DNA from: an uncultured virus (IMG/VR IMGVR_UViG_3300044640_001752)
Taxonomy: Duplodnaviria > Heunggongvirae > Uroviricota > Caudoviricetes
Virus record (IMG/VR): IMGVR_UViG_3300044640_001752
Length of the DNA: 64,000 nucleotides
Direction: 5' to 3' (one strand)
The translations under genes were made by a program, and so were the position numbers. Below are positions 12,559 to 22,761 of the stretch, piece after piece. Every line of letters begins with the position of its first letter. The stretch's first letter is position 1. The notes beneath the pieces were generated by a model, which did not search any database, had not been told where the DNA came from, and was given only the letters and a program-made list of their open reading frames with translations.

Positions 12559-13302
12559 ATGTATAATTTCTCTCTCCCTTACGAATATCAAGGCCACAGT
12601 CAATTTGGAGAAACTGGAATAATAGAACTAATATTGACTGGACTTAAAGATCCTCATAAAACTTTTGTTGAAATTGGATTCGGTACTGGCAATCAGAATA
12701 TGACCATGGATCTATTAGATCGCGGATATACTGGAGTTGGCGTCGATGGCAGAGATTGGGATCTAGATACACCTAATCGTTGGGGTAATTCTATAACTAA
12801 AATACAACAAATGATTACAGTTGATGATGTTGTTGATTTACTAAAACCAGTAGCAGATTGGCAATGTGATTTTTTTAGTCTCGACATAGATAGTTTTGAT
12901 TACGAAGTTGCAAAATTATTATTAGAATCTGGATTTAAACCAGCTGTTGTATGTGTAGAAATTAATCCAAATTTTGGGTCAACTACAAAAGCCAGTTTCC
13001 CGTACATACCTAATGTTAAGAAAAAAACTTATACACGCCGACATTTTTGCGGCTCTAGTCTGAGCAAGTATACGCATTTATGGGAAACACATGGACTGAA
13101 ATTTTTTACTCTAAACAGCATCAGCTATCACAACGCATTTTACTACGATCCTGCTAGGGTTTCGTTGCCGGATGTACCAGTTATAACGCAAATTCAAGAC
13201 AATCAGTTTGATCCGGTAATTTACAACGAAACTGAATTGAGAAAAATGATAGCAGAACACGCCTTCTGGAAAGATTATCAAGACGTTATTTTTAAGACAT
13301 AA
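12559..13302 (+). CDS. SAM-dependent methyltransferase (FkbM-like)
   Basis: SQFGETGII, FVEIGFGTG, FSLDIDSFD, VCVEIN. Confidence 0.7.
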   Translation: MYNFSLPYEYQGHSQFGETGIIELILTGLKDPHKTFVEIGFGTGNQNMTMDLLDRGYTGVGVDGRDWDLDTPNRWGNSITKIQQMITVDDVVDLLKPVADWQCDFFSLDIDSFDYEVAKLLLESGFKPAVVCVEINPNFGSTTKASFPYIPNVKKKTYTRRHFCGSSLSKYTHLWETHGLKFFTLNSISYHNAFYYDPARVSLPDVPVITQIQDNQFDPVIYNETELRKMIAEHAFWKDYQDVIFKT

Positions 13303-13325
13303 ATTAATTTTCTACGGACACCTCA

Positions 13326-14144
13326 ATGAAATACTCAGTAGTCACTACATTTAATCACAGCGGTTACGAACGCTATGCCAGCCGCATGATTGACACCTTC
13401 TTGCAAAACTGGCCTAGAGAAATTGATCTATACGTCTACACTGAAGATTGTGCAATACATCAAAGCGCACCCAATCTTCATGTTAGAGATTTACATGCTG
13501 TAAGTCCTGAAATTGTAGCCTTCAAGCAATGCTGGGGTAATGATCCTAGAGCACGTGGCCTGATTGCTACTGGGCCAGAAGATCGCAAAGGTAAAGCACC
13601 GGGTATAGGTTTTCGTTGGGACGCTATTAGATTCAGTCACAAAGCATATTCAGTATTTCACAGCGCGGCCAATTGCAATGCTGATGTGTTGTTTTGGATG
13701 GACGCAGACATGGTGTGTCACACACCTATCACTACAGAATTTATTGACAGTCAAATGCCGCCCAAGATTGGCTTGGCCTATCTAGGACGCGAACGAAAGT
13801 TTAGCGAATGCGGTCTGTACGGTATGAACCTACGTGATAACATTACATTGAACTGGCTTAAAGAGTTTCAGTTAGCGTATGATTCAGGACGTCTTATGAC
13901 CATGGCTGAGTGGAATGACTGCTGGGTATTTGATGAAACTCGAAACGAAGTACAAGCGGCCCACCCTAAGTGGCGTCAGCTAAACTGGAGTCACGGGTTG
14001 ATCAAAGGAGAAGGGCATCCTTTGATCAACACTGCTTGGGGTGCATACCTTGACCATCTCAAAGGCAAACGCAAAGAAACTGGCCGTAGTCCAGCTAAAG
14101 ATCTTATTCAGCCTCGAAACGAAAGTTATTGGACAGTAAATTAA
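13326..14144 (+). CDS. GT-A glycosyltransferase
   Basis: RFSHKAY, WMDAD, ECG, WNDCWVFD, YLDHLKG. Confidence 0.7.
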   Translation: MKYSVVTTFNHSGYERYASRMIDTFLQNWPREIDLYVYTEDCAIHQSAPNLHVRDLHAVSPEIVAFKQCWGNDPRARGLIATGPEDRKGKAPGIGFRWDAIRFSHKAYSVFHSAANCNADVLFWMDADMVCHTPITTEFIDSQMPPKIGLAYLGRERKFSECGLYGMNLRDNITLNWLKEFQLAYDSGRLMTMAEWNDCWVFDETRNEVQAAHPKWRQLNWSHGLIKGEGHPLINTAWGAYLDHLKGKRKETGRSPAKDLIQPRNESYWTVN

Positions 14145-14911
14145 AGATGGTCTGCCTGGACGCAATCAGGGTCAAAACACATATCATCTACATTGGATTT
14201 ACTATATTCGGCCTTTGAGTGCTTGGCTTTGTGATGAATAAGATACTCGCCAAGCACTGTATGCCGCAAGGGTGTTTTATATCCTTTCTGGAATCCTGTA
14301 CATAAATCGTTCACCATAAGTGGTTGTACCACATTTAATGCAGCCCCAAGTACATCGTTGTCGTAAAATCTACGTAGATCTTGATAATCTCTTTCGTGAT
14401 ATCTTCTGCAGTATTCGGCTCTGAACTGATTAAATTTTTCGTGCTGAGTATTAACTGCAAATATTCCTGTTTCAGGACACAACCATTTTCCAGGTTTGCC
14501 ATCTTTGCTTGTGTCGTAGGTTACACCCATGTACATGCTTAAATATTCAGGCAATAACAAATCAGTCAACACTGACAACGGTAGTTTCTTAGCAGTAATC
14601 ACATCAGCATCCAGCCATACTATCCAATCAGCAGTTCTGTGATTCATGGCATGCATAAAACTGTATGCTTTTTTGGCAAACTTTTTGTCTGACTGTCTTA
14701 GTGTTGTATCCGCCTGATATCGAGCGTAATCTGGATCCAACTCAGAAAAATCAATCTGCTTAATTCTTTTACTGCGAGTAGATAATTTAAATTCCTCTAC
14801 ATAGCAGGTAAGAGTCAGCTCTTTGGGCCAGTGCTTGAGAAAACTTGCCATACTATCCTTGCCAATGAGATCGTAATATCGTTGATTAAAACTTGTAATA
14901 ACCTGTATCAT
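14141..14911 (-). CDS. GT-A glycosyltransferase, paralog of 13326
   Basis: KFAKKAY, WLDAD, ETG, YDNDV, YLIHHK. Confidence 0.7.
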   Translation of the reverse strand: MIQVITSFNQRYYDLIGKDSMASFLKHWPKELTLTCYVEEFKLSTRSKRIKQIDFSELDPDYARYQADTTLRQSDKKFAKKAYSFMHAMNHRTADWIVWLDADVITAKKLPLSVLTDLLLPEYLSMYMGVTYDTSKDGKPGKWLCPETGIFAVNTQHEKFNQFRAEYCRRYHERDYQDLRRFYDNDVLGAALNVVQPLMVNDLCTGFQKGYKTPLRHTVLGEYLIHHKAKHSKAEYSKSNVDDMCFDPDCVQADHL

Positions 14912-15873
14912 TTAATTGCCCATCCTTTCATATGCGCCCAGCACTCGCCCGATTTTAACTCGTCGTGACTCCAATGAACCTGCGAAATTTTTTCTATCCA
15001 TTGTTGCCGATCAGGCATGAGTGGATTTTCAATTCTAAAAATATCACTGCAAGCAACTTCTTTTGCTTGGCTTCGTTCTGGATCAGTTACAAATACCGGA
15101 ACACCTTCTATTGCTGCTGCTACACCTGGGCTAGAGTTATGACTAACTACAGCCCAGCACTGTTTAAAATCGCGAGCAAGACTAGTACCTGACTCACTTA
15201 GGTGTACATTTAACAGCCTTCTTCCGACACAAAGTTTCAATAATCTTTCGCAGTATTTTACAGCTCTTCTATCGCCCGGGTGTGGTCTAATCCTAATAGG
15301 TCTGTCCGAATACTTTCTTATCTCCGTAATAGTTTTAATAGCCCAGTCTAATACGTCCCACCCTGCCATACTCCAACCACCATCTCTCTGTAAGCATAGT
15401 AAAATATGATCACCTCGGGTTCTCCAGTTGGCCAACTTGACTCCCAACTGTTTTTGTATTTCTACCCATCTGACCGGATCAGGATTTTGGTTGCAATATT
15501 CTCCTGTGTTGGGAAATATTCCGTCGTAGCTGTAGCGTAACCAATATCCAGGATTGTTTGTATTTTTATACAGAAACAGATTTGAATCTGCTATGATAGT
15601 ACGATTGTTTGATTGTTGTTGTCCGTCGAGAATGTCTTGTCGCAATTGCAAATGCGATGCAGTTTTTCCTTGTTCGTGTACCCATCCTAAGATTACAGCC
15701 ACTGGACTTGGCTGATATACTGACGAATCTTCTACAATGCCTTCGTCACCGCATCTGGATACACCTTGAACAAAGTATCTAAGTGTATTGCTTTTATCTT
15801 GTGCTTTTTGCAAAGATTCAGGAGTATATATTTCTTTTTTGGGCAATGTGGCTGTATAACTTACGACTTTCAT
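14908..15873 (-). CDS. Capsule-polysaccharide-biosynthesis-like GT-B protein
   Basis: IRIRPHP...AVVSHNSS...GVPVF. Confidence 0.6.
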   Translation of the reverse strand: MKVVSYTATLPKKEIYTPESLQKAQDKSNTLRYFVQGVSRCGDEGIVEDSSVYQPSPVAVILGWVHEQGKTASHLQLRQDILDGQQQSNNRTIIADSNLFLYKNTNNPGYWLRYSYDGIFPNTGEYCNQNPDPVRWVEIQKQLGVKLANWRTRGDHILLCLQRDGGWSMAGWDVLDWAIKTITEIRKYSDRPIRIRPHPGDRRAVKYCERLLKLCVGRRLLNVHLSESGTSLARDFKQCWAVVSHNSSPGVAAAIEGVPVFVTDPERSQAKEVACSDIFRIENPLMPDRQQWIEKISQVHWSHDELKSGECWAHMKGWAIK

Positions 15874-16682
15874 TCTTGCATCATCCTAAATGCTGTGCCA
15901 TTCTGAAGCTCTTTCACATGATATTGACCATATGCCATACTGTGACACCAGGCATCTAATAGGTCTTGATCGGGCCAAAACGGATTGTCTATTGTGTCAA
16001 GCTTGGTATTTGCAACAGGCCGGGCCACATGACTTGGTGCTAGTACAAATGCCGGCACTCCTGCAAGTATAGCTTCTACTGCAGCAACACTGTTGAATGT
16101 CACTACGGCATGTACATCTTGTGTTAGTAATCGATTCAGTGGAGTGGTTACAATTCTGTCAATTCTTTTTGGTGCTCGTTGCCTTACTTCGATTGGCCGA
16201 TCCGTTAATGTTTTAAGTTGAGCAACAGTTTCATCTACCCATGCAGCCTGATCAATGCCGTAGAACCTACAAGGTTTTTCGTCTGGTGCTGCCACAATAA
16301 TTTTTGATCCTGTTCGACGAGGATGTGCAGTAATACCCAATGCTTGCCATCTATCTGCTGGACGTTGTTTTATTTCATTATGCTGCAAATCATTTTTTAC
16401 TATTCTATGATAAAGTTTTGAACCGTGACTATTCTTACTACTGACACTGTTGCCCACATACCCTGAATCAACATACCAAAAGTCGTGCTTACCAGCCAAA
16501 CACTTGTGCATAACTTTATATTTGAGTATTCCCCGCAGTACAACTTTTCTATGATCTACTTCGACATCATAATGAAAATCAAAGTAATCACCGTCAGTTG
16601 GTTCTGTGCCAGCACTACGAGCCAGCATGTTGATATATTCGTCTTGATTATTTTTACTTAGGAATACCCAATCTTCGTTCAT
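15870..16682 (-). CDS. Capsule-polysaccharide-biosynthesis-like GT-B protein
   Basis: WYVDSGY...AVVTFNSVAAVEAILAGVPAF. Confidence 0.6.
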   Translation of the reverse strand: MNEDWVFLSKNNQDEYINMLARSAGTEPTDGDYFDFHYDVEVDHRKVVLRGILKYKVMHKCLAGKHDFWYVDSGYVGNSVSSKNSHGSKLYHRIVKNDLQHNEIKQRPADRWQALGITAHPRRTGSKIIVAAPDEKPCRFYGIDQAAWVDETVAQLKTLTDRPIEVRQRAPKRIDRIVTTPLNRLLTQDVHAVVTFNSVAAVEAILAGVPAFVLAPSHVARPVANTKLDTIDNPFWPDQDLLDAWCHSMAYGQYHVKELQNGTAFRMMQE

Positions 16683-17368
16683 TTAATATCTCTCTGTAAG
16701 CAATACTCTGCAAGCATTCGTTCACGATGCCACTCATCTGCCATTGGAGTAGTAGCAAAATCGTGGAAGCAAGGAGCGCCTAAGGTATAATGCAACAAGT
16801 CTGCATTGCAGTTAGGACCATACTCGTCTGGCAACCAATTCCATTCTGCAGGTAAATCACCAATTTTTTCATCTTTGATCCAGGTAAAACGATGTAGTTC
16901 TGCACCCGTGGATCGTTGAACAAACTCCGGTGTTAGGCATTGATTAGCTGAGCTCTCACAATTCCAGATAATAACACTTGACCAGTTTTTGCGAGGGTAG
17001 TTTTCGTTCTTTGAACCCAGATACTTTTCTTTCATGCATGTTTCGTAGTTGTGTTTAACTACCTGTACATCATAATGATTCTGCCGCCAGTCCCAAAGCT
17101 CTGCAATGTCACTACGCACAATCATATCACCATCAATAAAAATAGCATGACCGGTGTAATCCATCAAGTGCGGCACTAAGAATCTGCTGTAGATAAACTG
17201 ATTGCTACCATCTGTGTGAGTTTCGGTATAGTCGGTGAACAAGTTTAGTGCCAGCGGTATGATGCTGACAGGTCTACTGGCATGTCTAATAATGCTATTG
17301 GCACACACATGATAAGCAACAGCTTCACGAGGATCATAACCAATAAAAATAGGTATCAGTTTACTCAT
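16679..17368 (-). CDS. GT8-like glycosyltransferase
   Basis: IFIGYDPRE, SRFLVP, FIDGDM, YPRKNWSS, HYTLGAP. Confidence 0.8.
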   Translation of the reverse strand: MSKLIPIFIGYDPREAVAYHVCANSIIRHASRPVSIIPLALNLFTDYTETHTDGSNQFIYSRFLVPHLMDYTGHAIFIDGDMIVRSDIAELWDWRQNHYDVQVVKHNYETCMKEKYLGSKNENYPRKNWSSVIIWNCESSANQCLTPEFVQRSTGAELHRFTWIKDEKIGDLPAEWNWLPDEYGPNCNADLLHYTLGAPCFHDFATTPMADEWHRERMLAEYCLQRDIK

Positions 17369-18132
17369 GAGAATTTTCTCTCAATATCATCTTCCTCGCA
17401 TCGGTCTCCGTATTGTATTTCTACAATTTTTAATGGATCGCTTTGTTCGTTAACGAGTTGATGCCATTTTTCTGACTCTATATGTAAATATTCGTGGCGA
17501 TGATAATGTCCTTGAAATTCAGCATCGCTGGCCATGTTCAAAGTCATTACTGTTGCAACTCCGGCACTGACCAACCAGAATTCTGATCTTCCTTTGTGTC
17601 TTTGCATACTGAGTGCCGCACCCGGATCCACTGTGAGTTCTTTGACTTTAACTCCCGGTGCTTCGTGCAGTACACGATAATATCCCCAGGGTCGGCGTGT
17701 TTGAGGAGCCTTCCATTCTTGCAGTATCCACGAACTACTGTTTCTTTTATCTTGACCACCTACGCCAAATACAAACTCGACGTTGTCATCTTTGATATCT
17801 TGTTCTAGTATATTTTCAGTTGTGCGATCACCACCGTTGGCAAAAATAATACGGTCATTGGGATAGCTCTGTCTTACCATCCATAATGCATTTCGTGCAG
17901 AACCATCACTGTCGTCAAAATCAATTACAAAGTTGACATTTTGCATATTTCGTACTACGGCGACACGTTCTTTTAACGGCATAAATGCTCGACCTTTTTT
18001 TCTTTCTAGCCACGAATCTGAGTTGATGCCCACAATTAAAAGATCTCCCAATTTGCCGGCAGCCTGCAAGTAGGAGATATGGCCGGAGTGTACAGGATCA
18101 AATCCGCCAGTGACAAGTACAATAGTTTTCAT
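17365..18132 (-). CDS. Cytidylyltransferase-like domain fused to a mannose-6-phosphate-isomerase-type cupin
   Basis: GGFDPVHSGH (HxGH), FANGGDR, SSS; then RPWG...LSMQRH...EIQYG...EDDIER; start re-placed to 18132. Confidence 0.85.
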   Translation of the reverse strand: MKTIVLVTGGFDPVHSGHISYLQAAGKLGDLLIVGINSDSWLERKKGRAFMPLKERVAVVRNMQNVNFVIDFDDSDGSARNALWMVRQSYPNDRIIFANGGDRTTENILEQDIKDDNVEFVFGVGGQDKRNSSSWILQEWKAPQTRRPWGYYRVLHEAPGVKVKELTVDPGAALSMQRHKGRSEFWLVSAGVATVMTLNMASDAEFQGHYHRHEYLHIESEKWHQLVNEQSDPLKIVEIQYGDRCEEDDIERKFS

Positions 18133-18137
18133 AACAA

Positions 18138-18165
18138 TATTTATATGTATACATAATGGTAAATA
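18138..18165. promoter_or_regulatory. Divergent late promoters
   Basis: TATAAATA on - strand (18138-18145) and TAAATA on + strand (18160-18165), with palindrome TATGTATACATA (18144-18155) between them. Confidence 0.6.
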
Positions 18166-18169
18166 CATT

Positions 18170-18736
18170 ATGGAACATTTTTATCAAACAGTAGAAGGAT
18201 TTATGGGACCAAGAAACATTATGATGTTTGACTTGGTTATAAAAGATTTCCCTCAAGCAGGAACCTGGGTTGAGATAGGATCCTGGATGGGACGCAGCAC
18301 AGCATATTGTGCAGTTGAACTATTAAATTGCAATAAAATGGGAAAATTCTACTGCATAGATACCTGGCAAGGAGGCGATACTCTTGAAAATCATCAATAT
18401 GTATTAGAAGGAAAACTCAAACAGGTATTTCTTGATAATATTGCACCGGTGGCTGATTATATTACGCCCATTGAGAGTCTAAGCTGGGCAGCCGCTGACC
18501 AATTTGCTGATAGCAGCGTGGATTTTTGTTACGTTGATGCATTGCACACATACGAAGCAGTCATGCAAGATTTAACAGCTTGGTGGCCTAAAATACGCCC
18601 CGGCTCGTGGTTTGCTGGCGACGACTATACCAAAGGTTGGCCTGGCGTCCAGCAAGCAGTACAGCAGTTTTTTGGTGAACTCGGTGTAAGATACGATCGA
18701 TGTGGACGTTGTTGGATAGTTAAAAAGCCTGAATAA
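18170..18736 (+). CDS. Class I SAM methyltransferase (Methyltransf_24-like)
   Basis: VEIGSWMGRS, IDTW, YVDALHTY, GDDY; start re-placed to 18170. Confidence 0.85.
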   Translation: MEHFYQTVEGFMGPRNIMMFDLVIKDFPQAGTWVEIGSWMGRSTAYCAVELLNCNKMGKFYCIDTWQGGDTLENHQYVLEGKLKQVFLDNIAPVADYITPIESLSWAAADQFADSSVDFCYVDALHTYEAVMQDLTAWWPKIRPGSWFAGDDYTKGWPGVQQAVQQFFGELGVRYDRCGRCWIVKKPE

Positions 18737-18737
18737 A

Positions 18738-19373
18738 ATGCCAAATTGGTTAGACACATATAAACATAATTACTACCCTCGTCTTGATTCCAATCTCAGT
18801 GGAGCCAAACGTGGACTTGTCGAAGGACTAGGACAACGAGCCCGTGGCTTTCAATTGATGTTCGAGTTGTTGCTGGCCAAAACTCAAAGTCAGTATCACA
18901 TTATCGAAACAGGTACCTGTCGAAATCCAGGAAATTGGAAAGATGGGCAGAGTGCAGTGATATTCACAGATTTTGTTCAGCACACAGGAGGATCACTGCG
19001 TAGTGTAGACATAGATCCAGATGCCTGTGCAGCAGCACGTAAACACATCACCAGTGGTCTTTTTCAAGTGACCTGCAGCGACAGTGTGCAATGGCTAGAA
19101 CAACAGACAGATCTGGACCAGGTTGATCTTTTTTATCTCGACAGCTACGATGTAAAATGGAACAACGACTCTGCCAGTGCCGAACATCATTTACGCGAAT
19201 TCCAAACAATTGAATCCAGAATTCAGCCAGGCACAGTAGTAGCCATTGACGACAATGCTAGGTTTTTAAACAATAATGGTCGCACTGGCAAAGGACGACG
19301 GATAGTGGAATATTTAGAATCCAAAGGAATACAGCCGTTATATGATGCTTATCAAATAATATATCAATTATGA
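18738..19373 (+). CDS. Class I SAM methyltransferase-like
   Basis: IIETGT, SVDID, DSV, YLDSYD, IDDN. Confidence 0.7.
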   Translation: MPNWLDTYKHNYYPRLDSNLSGAKRGLVEGLGQRARGFQLMFELLLAKTQSQYHIIETGTCRNPGNWKDGQSAVIFTDFVQHTGGSLRSVDIDPDACAAARKHITSGLFQVTCSDSVQWLEQQTDLDQVDLFYLDSYDVKWNNDSASAEHHLREFQTIESRIQPGTVVAIDDNARFLNNNGRTGKGRRIVEYLESKGIQPLYDAYQIIYQL

Positions 19374-20161
19374 TAGTTGACACATTCATGTTCAATGACG
19401 AGTTTGACATGTTAGATATACATCTGGCAATCACAGATTCGTACGTGGATCGTTGGATTATATTGGAAGGCAACCGAACCTGGAGTGGAATATCAAAACC
19501 TTACTATCTTTTAAACTGCCTGGACAAATATGCAAAATACGGTGATAGAATACAACTAATCAGTCTAGACATACCCGACGGTTATGTGAATTGGCAGTGT
19601 GAAAATTACAGTAGAGCCAGTTTGCAGCAAGGAATCGATTGTCTAGATGACGAAGATATTGTTTTGCACGGGGATCTGGATGAAATATTAGACCCGACAA
19701 AATTTAGCAGTATAGTTGATTTGATGGATCTGCATGATCGTCCTGTAAATTGTTCTCTAGAAATGTTTATATATAGATTTGATCAACAAACTGATCGTCG
19801 ATGGAGCGGAACTGTAGTGGCCCGAAAACACATGTTTGATAATCCTCAACAGTTATATAAAGGCATCAACATAAAGAAAAAAGATCGTAGTCATTGTGTA
19901 GCATATCCAGACACTGCAGGCTGGCACTGGACCTGGATAGGATCAGACCAACGAATACGCAGCAAGGTTGCAAGCTGTATTGAAAGCCAACATCGAGACC
20001 CAGAACAGGTGTTGAACTCTTTCAAACAGTTAGACACAGCAGCAGCTATAAATCACAAGTGTACCTCAACCACAGTTGAATACACTTACCCTAACGAAGT
20101 AAACAAAATACTTGAGCAGTATCCTCAATATTGGAACATACCGTCATGTCAGACACAATAA
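19370..20161 (+). CDS. GT17-like glycosyltransferase
   Basis: DTFMFNDEFDML, E-x-N-x-TWSG-x2-KP, GDLDEI, GWHWTW. Confidence 0.75.
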   Translation: MIVDTFMFNDEFDMLDIHLAITDSYVDRWIILEGNRTWSGISKPYYLLNCLDKYAKYGDRIQLISLDIPDGYVNWQCENYSRASLQQGIDCLDDEDIVLHGDLDEILDPTKFSSIVDLMDLHDRPVNCSLEMFIYRFDQQTDRRWSGTVVARKHMFDNPQQLYKGINIKKKDRSHCVAYPDTAGWHWTWIGSDQRIRSKVASCIESQHRDPEQVLNSFKQLDTAAAINHKCTSTTVEYTYPNEVNKILEQYPQYWNIPSCQTQ

Positions 20162-20847
20162 AACAGATCAACGGTTGGAATTTTCCAGCAGGAGACATAG
20201 GTCCTAGTACCTGGGCTGACTGTGAATGGGGAGAACCGATTCTCAACACCGTTATGTTTGAACAAATCTTGTTGGTGTTTGAGGGACGTGATCGAAAACA
20301 TGCTTTAGACATCGGTGCTAATATAGGCTATGTTACTTCCTGGCTAGGCAAACGTTGGCCGCGAGTGACCAGTTTTGAACCTACCCCAAACACTTATGAA
20401 TGCTTGCAATTGAATTGTACAAGATCACACATACGTTTACATAATTTTGGGTTAAGCAATATCAATGGGAATCTTTGTTTTGCCATAAGCGATGCTAAAC
20501 CTGATCAAAATCAAATAATTACTGATGAAAGTAAATTACGTAAACATTGGGGAGTTACCCGTGTTCCGACTCGTAGATTAGATAGTTTTAATTTTAGTAC
20601 GGTTGATTTTATTAAAATTGATGTAGAAGGACACGAATACCAAGTGATACAAGGTGCTCTCAAAACTATACAGCGTTGCCGACCTGCTGTTGTTATAGAA
20701 ATCAGTTATGAAGGGAAACTACTGGATCATGATCTGTCGGCTGATCACAAAAAAACTGTGGGCTTGATAGAAAGCTTAGGTTATCAAACAGTTTGGCAAC
20801 ACAAGCATGATTGGTTATTGCTGCCCAACGATTGGTACAACAGATAA
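20146..20847 (+). CDS. FkbM-family methyltransferase
   Basis: LDIGANIG, FEP, FIKIDVEGHE. Confidence 0.9.
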   Translation: MSDTIKQINGWNFPAGDIGPSTWADCEWGEPILNTVMFEQILLVFEGRDRKHALDIGANIGYVTSWLGKRWPRVTSFEPTPNTYECLQLNCTRSHIRLHNFGLSNINGNLCFAISDAKPDQNQIITDESKLRKHWGVTRVPTRRLDSFNFSTVDFIKIDVEGHEYQVIQGALKTIQRCRPAVVIEISYEGKLLDHDLSADHKKTVGLIESLGYQTVWQHKHDWLLLPNDWYNR

Positions 20848-20881
20848 AGCCCACTAAGTTAAAGGATACCTTTATAAACAA

Positions 20882-21694
20882 ATGAAGCACAATGTACCTG
20901 TATCACCAAAACAACAACACCAATTAGATCGACAACGTCACAGGGAGATGAAATATAACACGTCTGAATTGCCTGCCGTCGACTGTGCGTGTGTAATTCA
21001 CGGCTCTGTGTATACATGGGACTATGTAGAACGCTTGTATAGCATGCTGATCGCCAACAGCAGTAGAAAAATTCGCATGCACGTTTTTACTGAACCAGAC
21101 CGAGTAGTACCGTCTTACATGACCAAACATGTGCTGGAAGAGTGGCCGGGAATAAGCGGACCCAAGAAGTCCTGGTGGTACAAGATGCAGATGTTTGATT
21201 CAAACTATATTCCTGGACGTGTCTTTTATCTAGACCTGGATACAGTTGTGGTGGGCAATATTGATTGGATATGGGAGTTGAGCGATGACTATTTTTGGGC
21301 CATCCGAGACTTTAAATATCTGTGGCGCCCAGGTTGGCACGGACTCAACAGTAGTGTAATGACTTGGAATACTACCAAATTTGATTGGATATGGCGAGCG
21401 TTTTGCAAACAGGATATTGTGCTGTTATCTAAAAAATATCACGGTGATCAAAACTATTTAGATGCAGTGCTGACCGACAAACACTTGAGATTTATTCCCG
21501 ACGGTGTGGCAAAAAGCTGGCGCTGGCAATGCAAGGATGGCGGCATGGATATGAAATCTCGTCAGTATCGTTCGCCAGGGTCGGGTACAAGTTTAGCACC
21601 AGACACTAAAATTGTAGTTTTTCACGGACATCCCAAGCCACACGAAGTAGCGGATCCCTTGATCAGCCAACTTTGGAAATTAACAAGCAACTAA
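20882..21694 (+). CDS. GT-A (GT8-like) glycosyltransferase
   Basis: WWYKMQMF, YLDLD, NSSVM, GDQNY, FHGHPKP. Confidence 0.75.
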   Translation: MKHNVPVSPKQQHQLDRQRHREMKYNTSELPAVDCACVIHGSVYTWDYVERLYSMLIANSSRKIRMHVFTEPDRVVPSYMTKHVLEEWPGISGPKKSWWYKMQMFDSNYIPGRVFYLDLDTVVVGNIDWIWELSDDYFWAIRDFKYLWRPGWHGLNSSVMTWNTTKFDWIWRAFCKQDIVLLSKKYHGDQNYLDAVLTDKHLRFIPDGVAKSWRWQCKDGGMDMKSRQYRSPGSGTSLAPDTKIVVFHGHPKPHEVADPLISQLWKLTSN

Positions 21695-21732
21695 GTAACT
21701 GTCTAACATGTTGTAAAAATACAACAAAATTC

Positions 21733-21755
21733 AGCCCCGGTTTTGGGGCTTTTTT
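21733..21755 (+). terminator. Intrinsic terminator ending the glycan cluster
   Basis: AGCCCC-GGTTTT-GGGGCT followed by a T tract. Confidence 0.8.
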
Positions 21756-21778
21756 GTGGCTAAAACAGTACATTTTGG

Positions 21779-21807
21779 TAGACCAGAAACCGCCCAAATG
21801 CTATACT
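21779..21807 (+). promoter_or_regulatory. Early promoter, copy 1
   Basis: TAGACC-17-TATACT. Confidence 0.75.
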
Positions 21808-21837
21808 AGTTTTACAGTAACAAAACAGGAGCTCAAA

Positions 21838-22029
21838 ATGACCAAGCAAGAATTAGGCGAGTTAGCAATGGAAATCCTCAACACAGCGGATACCAGCGGT
21901 CCTGACACAGAAGACGGCGTTATCACTGTAGATTCCGACCTGTTGTTTCGCTACTACATTATGCGTGGTGTGGCTAACAGCGAAGCTAAAAAAGAAAGCA
22001 AAAAATTGTCGCATAAAAACAACAGTTAA
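21838..22029 (+). CDS. Small early hypothetical protein
   Basis: Start re-placed to the ATG after AGGAG; stop lies inside the next repeat. Confidence 0.7.
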   Translation: MTKQELGELAMEILNTADTSGPDTEDGVITVDSDLLFRYYIMRGVANSEAKKESKKLSHKNNS

Positions 22030-22036
22030 CAAGTGG

Positions 22037-22065
22037 TAGACCAGTAATTCACTACCAGCTATAAT
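22037..22065 (+). promoter_or_regulatory. Early promoter, copy 2
   Basis: TAGACC-17-TATAAT. Confidence 0.8.
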
Positions 22066-22095
22066 GTTTATACAGTAACAAAACAGGAGCTCAAA

Positions 22096-22281
22096 ATGAG
22101 CGCAATTCTTAGAAAAGACATTGGACGTGAGATCCTAGAGACACTTAGGGAATCTGCCAGAGAAGCCCTTCCGGATGCTACAGAAGCAGAACGTGAAGAA
22201 AGCATAGCCAAATTCCTAGGTATTATGAGTGATGTAATGTTTGCTGGTCCAGCAAAAACGTCGCATAAAAACAACACATAA
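22096..22281 (+). CDS. Small early hypothetical protein
   Basis: AGGAG RBS; 61 aa; ends inside the next repeat. Confidence 0.7.
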   Translation: MSAILRKDIGREILETLRESAREALPDATEAEREESIAKFLGIMSDVMFAGPAKTSHKNNT

Positions 22282-22288
22282 AAAGTGG

Positions 22289-22317
22289 TAGACCGGAAAT
22301 ACCCAAATTGCTATAAT
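22289..22317 (+). promoter_or_regulatory. Early promoter, copy 3
   Basis: TAGACC-17-TATAAT. Confidence 0.8.
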
Positions 22318-22346
22318 GTATATACGCTAACAAAACGGGGTAAAAC

Positions 22347-22682
22347 ATGTTAAATGATAAAGATCTCAATAACAAGTCCGCAGGTCGCTTCTCGTTTGCT
22401 GCCGCAAGAGACGCTAATCGTTATAGCGATGAATGCCGCATGACGTTTACCCCTAGTCAACGTGCCTATGCAGAAACATTTAGAGATCTGCTGACGTTGG
22501 CATACAGTGCAAACGAAGTGTTTATTAACTTCCGCAAAACTATTATTAGCATTAAGCTCACTAAGCCTCAAGTGCGAGACCGCAAAATTGTACGCGAGCT
22601 CGATGAGCTTTGTGCAGAACGCGGCTATGTAAAAGCTCGTAGCGAGCAGGGCTTGCTGTACAAAATCCCAAAAGTTGCATAA
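22347..22682 (+). CDS. Early hypothetical protein
   Basis: 111 aa; stop inside the next repeat. Confidence 0.7.
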   Translation: MLNDKDLNNKSAGRFSFAAARDANRYSDECRMTFTPSQRAYAETFRDLLTLAYSANEVFINFRKTIISIKLTKPQVRDRKIVRELDELCAERGYVKARSEQGLLYKIPKVA

Positions 22683-22702
22683 AAACAACACATAAAAAGT
22701 GG

Positions 22703-22731
22703 TAGACCGGTAATACAATATCGGCTATAAT
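22703..22731 (+). promoter_or_regulatory. Early promoter, copy 4
   Basis: TAGACC-17-TATAAT. Confidence 0.8.
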
Positions 22732-22761
22732 GTACTTACACTAACAAAACAGGAGCAGTAA

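Noticed and set aside
21673..21837. N-terminal extension of the 118-aa ORF
   Set aside because: Runs through a terminator and promoter; the RBS-supported start is 21838
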